Shown: in pieces, positions 59,850 through 64,000 of the stretch
Position numbering within the stretch: position 1 is the first letter of the stretch
Layout of the letters: every line of letters starts with the position of its first letter
From: Opitutia bacterium
Lineage (GTDB): Bacteria; Verrucomicrobiota; Verrucomicrobiia; Opitutales; Opitutaceae
DNA: 64,000 bases
Assembly: GCA_947478395.1 (NCBI GenBank)
Contig: CANJVR010000002.1
Coordinates: forward strand, 128,001 to 192,000
Direction: 5' to 3'
Notes under the pieces: model-generated
What the model saw: the letters and a program-made list of their open reading frames with translations, nothing else
Told to the model about the DNA's origin: nothing
The model's database searches: none
Program-made: the position numbers and the translations under genes

Positions 59850-60176
59850 TTAAAGCAGCGCGACCAGCTTCGCCTTGATCGCGGCCTTTGGCATCATGCC
59901 GACGATCTGCTCGGCTACTTTGCCACCCTTGAACACCAACATGGTGGGAATGGCGCGGATGCTGTATTCGGCGGCAATCGCGTCGTTGTCGTCGATGTTC
60001 ACCTTGGCAATCTGGACCTGGCCATCCAGCTCGGTTGCGAGTTCGTCAAGAAGCGGCGCGATGGCTTTGCACGGGCCGCACCACGGCGCCCAAAAATCCA
60101 CGAGAAGTGGAGTCGTGGCAGAAGCAACGGCGGCTTTGAAGGTATCGGTGGTGAGATGGACGATTTTTTCGGACAT
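59850..60176 (-). CDS. trxA: Thioredoxin
   Basis: VDFWAPWCGPCK, IRAIPT. Confidence 0.97.
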   Translation of the reverse strand: MSEKIVHLTTDTFKAAVASATTPLLVDFWAPWCGPCKAIAPLLDELATELDGQVQIAKVNIDDNDAIAAEYSIRAIPTMLVFKGGKVAEQIVGMMPKAAIKAKLVALL

Positions 60177-60221
60177 GGAGTTGAGGGTAATGGATCGGCC
60201 GTAAAAGCCGATGATGGTGGA

Positions 60222-60473
60222 TTAGCGCGGGGTGGACTTGGCTAAAATTTCGTCGAGCTCCTGTCGCTCCACGTTTTCGAGAACTTTGCCGCGGTTTTTC
60301 AATTCCTCGAATGTCTTCACCACGGTCTCGGTCATCCGTTCGTGAGTTTCAGCGGAGCCACCCACGAGGGCGAACTGCTCGCCTTGCGTAATCCGCTTGT
60401 GGCCGTCGGCGTGATCCAAGCCCAGGCCGAGCAGCGCCGCGCGCGGTCCGGTGGCTTTTCGCTTTTTACTCAC
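60222..60473 (-). CDS. Small hypothetical protein coupled to scpA
   Basis: 83 aa, LLGLGLD..DGHKRIT.GE.F.LVGGS.ETHERM; GTG start overlaps the scpA stop. Confidence 0.75.
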   Translation of the reverse strand: MSKKRKATGPRAALLGLGLDHADGHKRITQGEQFALVGGSAETHERMTETVVKTFEELKNRGKVLENVERQELDEILAKSTPR

Positions 60474-61252
60474 GCGAGCACCGTGCTGACGTCGGCCGGA
60501 TTTTCAAGTGGCTTTTCGATCACCACATTGCAGACGATGTCCGCAAATGCCTCGTCTTGCTGGAGGCGAAGCTTGCCGAGCCGGGTCAATTCTAGGACCG
60601 CGAGGAAGGTGGCGACGAGTTTGCGCAGCGTGACGCCGTGCTCGAAAAGTTGTGAAAAGACAAAGGAACGCTCCGTCGCGAGCCGGCCGAGCAGCCACTC
60701 CATCTGGTCGGCGACGGTGAACTGCTCGTCGTGGATTTCGCCCACAACCAATTTATCGGCGAGACGCCGGAGGACGATGTTGAAGGTGTTCCAGAGGTCG
60801 ATCCGGTCGTTCTGCTTGAGCGGACGGTCGAGCAAGTCGGCCGACCGCGAGGCGACGTGTCGTTCCATGAGGTCCTGCCGCTGCCGGACGATCGCGGCGA
60901 GCTCGGCGGCGGCCTCCTTGAATTTTTTGTATTGGAGCAACTGGTGGACAAGTTCCCAGCGCGGGTCGATGTCGTCCTCGGGATTGGCGTTGGGATCGAC
61001 CGCGTGCTGGCCCTTCGGGAGGAGGAGGCGGCTTTTGATCTCCATCAACGTGGCGGCCATGACAAAGAAATCGCCCGCGACCTCGAGGTCGAGCGACTGC
61101 ATGGCGCGCAGGGCCTCCAGGTATTGTTTCGTCACCGACTCGATCGGAATGTCGTAGATATCGATTTCGTTTTTCCGGATGAGAAAAAGGAGAAGATCGA
61201 GCGGGCCTTCGAAGACCTGAAGTTTGATGCGGTAGTCGGAATCGGGAACCAC
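60470..61252 (-). CDS. scpA: Segregation/condensation protein A (kleisin)
   Basis: FEGPLDLLLFLI, IDIYDIPI, FFVMAATLMEIKSRLLLP, VATFLAVLEL; GTG at 61252. Confidence 0.95.
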   Translation of the reverse strand: MVPDSDYRIKLQVFEGPLDLLLFLIRKNEIDIYDIPIESVTKQYLEALRAMQSLDLEVAGDFFVMAATLMEIKSRLLLPKGQHAVDPNANPEDDIDPRWELVHQLLQYKKFKEAAAELAAIVRQRQDLMERHVASRSADLLDRPLKQNDRIDLWNTFNIVLRRLADKLVVGEIHDEQFTVADQMEWLLGRLATERSFVFSQLFEHGVTLRKLVATFLAVLELTRLGKLRLQQDEAFADIVCNVVIEKPLENPADVSTVLA

Positions 61253-61305
61253 GGTGGTGGAATGGTTGGGCGGCGCCTGGAGGCGGCAATGATATTTCGC
61301 AATCG

Positions 61306-62529
61306 CTACGAGGCTCGGCGCCGCAGACTGGCGACATAGAAACCATCGCTGTTGTGCTGCGAAGGGAGGATGGCGAGACCGACGTGGCGTGGGGTCGCGG
61401 CGAAGACATGCGCCGGCGGCTCGGCATCGAAGCCGGTGTGCGCGGCGAGGAAAGCGGCGACGACGTCCTCGTTTTCCATCCGGCTCAACGAACACGTCGC
61501 ATAGACGAGTCGTCCGCCGGGTCGCACGAGCGCGGCCGATGCCGTGAGCAGCGCGAGCTGGGTTTCGGCCGCGTGCGTAATTTGTCCGGGCGTGGTGGTC
61601 CACTTGAGGTAGGGCGAGCGCCGCCAGGTGCCGGAGCCGCTGCACGGGGCGTCGATCAGAACGCCGTCGTACTGCGCAGGTGGGAGCGGTGCCTCCGCCA
61701 GCACGGCGACGTTGGTCAAGCCGGCTCGGTCGGCGCGGGTTTTGAGTTCGCGCAAGGCCGACGGTCGAATATCGAACGCATCGACGTGTCCTGTGGCACC
61801 GACGAGAGCGGCGAGTTGCAGGGTTTTTCCGCCCGCGCCGGCGCAGGCGTCGAGCCAACGTCCGCCGGCGGCGATGCCGGCAGATTCTAGGATCAACTGC
61901 GAACCGAGGTCCTGAATCTCAACCCAGCCGCGCTCCCACGCTTTGGTTTTGGTAACATCGCCTTCGGTGAGCAGCTGAATCGCACGGGGCAAAATTGCCG
62001 AGCGGCGAAACGTCCAACCGGCGGCGGTAAATTCGGCGAGCACTTCGGCCGTGGCGTCAGCGGATGGAGTTTGGAGCCGGAGCCATAGCGGCGCGCGGGT
62101 GTGGAGGGCGTCGAGTTCGGCCGGCAACGCGGTGTCTGCGCAATGACGGGGCAGCCAGTCGGGCAACAAAGCGAGTGCGTCGGTTTTGAGGTGGTTCGCT
62201 TTGGCGGCAACACTTGGCGGGCACGGCGGCCAGCCGTGGCAAAGTTCGGCGCGATAGGCGCGCGTGGCGGGGAGATCCGCCGCGAGCCAGGCGACGGCCG
62301 TCGCAGCGCGCGCCGGGTCGGTCTCGAGCAGCGGCTCGATCCAAGGCAGAAAGCGGACCGTGGTGTAAATGAGTTCACGGTAGAGCCGGCGGTCGCGCGA
62401 ACCAAACGCGCGGTTGGCGGCAAAAAGTTCGTTGATGCGGGTGGGAAGATTTGGATCGCGCCGCCAGTGCGGACTGAGCGCGGCGACGAGGCGGAGGAAG
62501 ATTTTTTGCTGACTGCCGGAGAGGGACAT
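61306..62529 (-). CDS. RsmB/NOP-family RNA m5C methyltransferase
   Basis: IQDLGSQ, LDACAGAGGKT, DAPCSGSGTWRR, LVYATCS...ENE, DGFY. Confidence 0.93.
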   Translation of the reverse strand: MSLSGSQQKIFLRLVAALSPHWRRDPNLPTRINELFAANRAFGSRDRRLYRELIYTTVRFLPWIEPLLETDPARAATAVAWLAADLPATRAYRAELCHGWPPCPPSVAAKANHLKTDALALLPDWLPRHCADTALPAELDALHTRAPLWLRLQTPSADATAEVLAEFTAAGWTFRRSAILPRAIQLLTEGDVTKTKAWERGWVEIQDLGSQLILESAGIAAGGRWLDACAGAGGKTLQLAALVGATGHVDAFDIRPSALRELKTRADRAGLTNVAVLAEAPLPPAQYDGVLIDAPCSGSGTWRRSPYLKWTTTPGQITHAAETQLALLTASAALVRPGGRLVYATCSLSRMENEDVVAAFLAAHTGFDAEPPAHVFAATPRHVGLAILPSQHNSDGFYVASLRRRAS

Positions 62530-62706
62530 GAATGGAAATAGGATTTAGCGCGAAGACGTACAGGCGGCCAAATTCCGCGACGGGAAGGCGAGGCGATCGG
62601 ACCGCCTAACGTATCACGGGGCTGAAGTAGAATATGAAACTATTTCTTCGCGGTTCGTTGCGGCCCTTCGCGCCTTCGCCCTAAAACGCCAGATTGATTG
62701 GTCCGA

Positions 62707-63999
62707 TCAGAAATTGCGCGTCTCGATCTGGATGTTGAAGCCAAAGCCGTTTTCCCGGCGGCTGCCGGAGCGGACTGATACCATGTATTCGATGAGCCAG
62801 GTGTTCTCGAGATTTTGCACGATGCCGTACGCCTGCTCGTTGAGGCGGCGCGCGCGGGCATCGTAAGCGAGGCGGGCGAGAACGTCGTACGATTCGTTCA
62901 CGTGGATCCGGCCCTCGATCCGGTACTCCTCGGATTCGCGCCGGAGAAAATTATTCGAGAACCGCACTGACCATGCGCTACCATCGCGGATCGTAACGCC
63001 GGAGTTAAATTCCTGCAGCGTGCCGGTCTGTGGCGTGAAACTGTGGTAGGAGTCCACCTGCAGCCACGGCGCGGGCATGAAGGCGAATTCACTGTGAATC
63101 TCGGAGAGATCACGATCGCCGGGTTCGCGGTGAAATCGAAAATCGGCCGCGACATTCAGCACGAGCAGATCGCGCGAGCCGTAGGCCGGATCGCGGGTCT
63201 GGACCGCGTTGTCGACCCCGAGCCGCACCGTGTTGGTGGCGTGGAGATCGTCGATGGATCGCTGGTCGCCCAAGCCGAGCGGACGCAGGTAGCTGGTCAG
63301 TGGCTCGCGCCGATCGATGGCGGGGATGTAGCGCCGACCGAGGTCGCCCTGAGGGATATAACGGTAACTCAGTTTCGGCGTCAGGAGATGGCGAAGGCCG
63401 TCGATTTTCCACTGCGGGTTTTTGTAATCGTAGGTGGCGCTGGCACGAAGATCGGCGTCGAAGCCGAGTTCGCCGAGCACCCGCGTGTACGCGCCGGCTT
63501 GGCGCGCACCGACCGTGCCGGAGTAATGCGTGACACGGCCGCCGGCCAGGGGCGTGATACTTAGCCACTCGCGCGGCGTGAAGGGGCGCGTGAGCGCGTA
63601 GTAGGCGTCAAGGCGATCGGACTCGAGCCGCGGGCTGAGACCGGCGGGCGGGCGTTCGCGGAGGACGACGGCGCTGGCGTTGAACCGCTGATAAAAACCC
63701 TGTCCGACGGCGAACGGCAGCAGGTCGAAGCGCACCTCTGGCAGGCGCTCCTGCACCGGGTTGAACGCATTCGGCTGCACCCGCGCGAACGCGGAAACTA
63801 AATAATTATGACCGGTGTAGACCGACTCGACGAAGCTGTCGGGCTCCTGCACTGGAAAAAAGTATTTAGGATAAAAATCGCGAACGATCTCGGAGTCCTT
63901 CCACCAGTTCACGGTGGCGGCGAGGGTGAGATTTTCAGTGAGGCGCTGCGCGTGCTGCCACTCGACGTAGCCGCGATTGGAGGAAATCGGGCGACTGAG
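62707..63999 (-). CDS. lptD: LPS-assembly protein LptD-like beta-barrel (5' truncated by window edge)
   Basis: Frame is open to the window end; amphipathic beta strands, ERLPEV, LRHLLTP...Y.YIP, terminal Phe. Confidence 0.7.
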   Translation of the reverse strand, partial: LSRPISSNRGYVEWQHAQRLTENLTLAATVNWWKDSEIVRDFYPKYFFPVQEPDSFVESVYTGHNYLVSAFARVQPNAFNPVQERLPEVRFDLLPFAVGQGFYQRFNASAVVLRERPPAGLSPRLESDRLDAYYALTRPFTPREWLSITPLAGGRVTHYSGTVGARQAGAYTRVLGELGFDADLRASATYDYKNPQWKIDGLRHLLTPKLSYRYIPQGDLGRRYIPAIDRREPLTSYLRPLGLGDQRSIDDLHATNTVRLGVDNAVQTRDPAYGSRDLLVLNVAADFRFHREPGDRDLSEIHSEFAFMPAPWLQVDSYHSFTPQTGTLQEFNSGVTIRDGSAWSVRFSNNFLRRESEEYRIEGRIHVNESYDVLARLAYDARARRLNEQAYGIVQNLENTWLIEYMVSVRSGSRRENGFGFNIQIETRNF

Positions 64000-64000
64000 A

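Noticed and set aside
60470..61858. 462-aa ORF suggesting an N-terminally extended ScpA, or a frameshift fusion with the RsmB-family gene
   Set aside because: The extension is an off-frame read of the methyltransferase gene; ScpA homology starts near GTG 61252 and both genes are complete

Overview
High-GC bacterial chromosome segment. Gene content and protein style suggest Verrucomicrobiota, probably Opitutaceae (inference). It is mostly core genes: pxpC/pxpA, pepF, ychF, rpsP-trmD-rplS, tkt, a MarR-RND-TolC efflux operon, aas, rpmF-plsX-fabH-bamD-lptE-rpe, uppP, trpD-glmM, gcvP, nth, tRNA-Val(CAC), yebC, msrPQ, asnS, ffh, menA, trxA, scpA, an RsmB-family methyltransferase and partial lptD. 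I saw no integrase, transposase, prophage, CRISPR array or rRNA. The best candidates for something new are: (1) a coupled ABC/AAA_21-type ATPase plus TOPRIM-like (DUF4276/RloB-like) gene pair at 20095-21773, a possible defence or toxin-antitoxin module with a non-canonical Walker B, bracketed by REP elements; (2) several families of REP/REPIN/MITE-like palindromic repeats, some overlapping start or stop codons or sitting in-frame in a core gene; (3) a TonB-dependent receptor with Pho-box-like repeats followed by an uncharacterised secreted protein; (4) a Sel1-TonB fusion in an AT-richer islet behind the tRNA; (5) a Cip1-like secreted protein. All family calls come from motif recognition by eye, not database searches.
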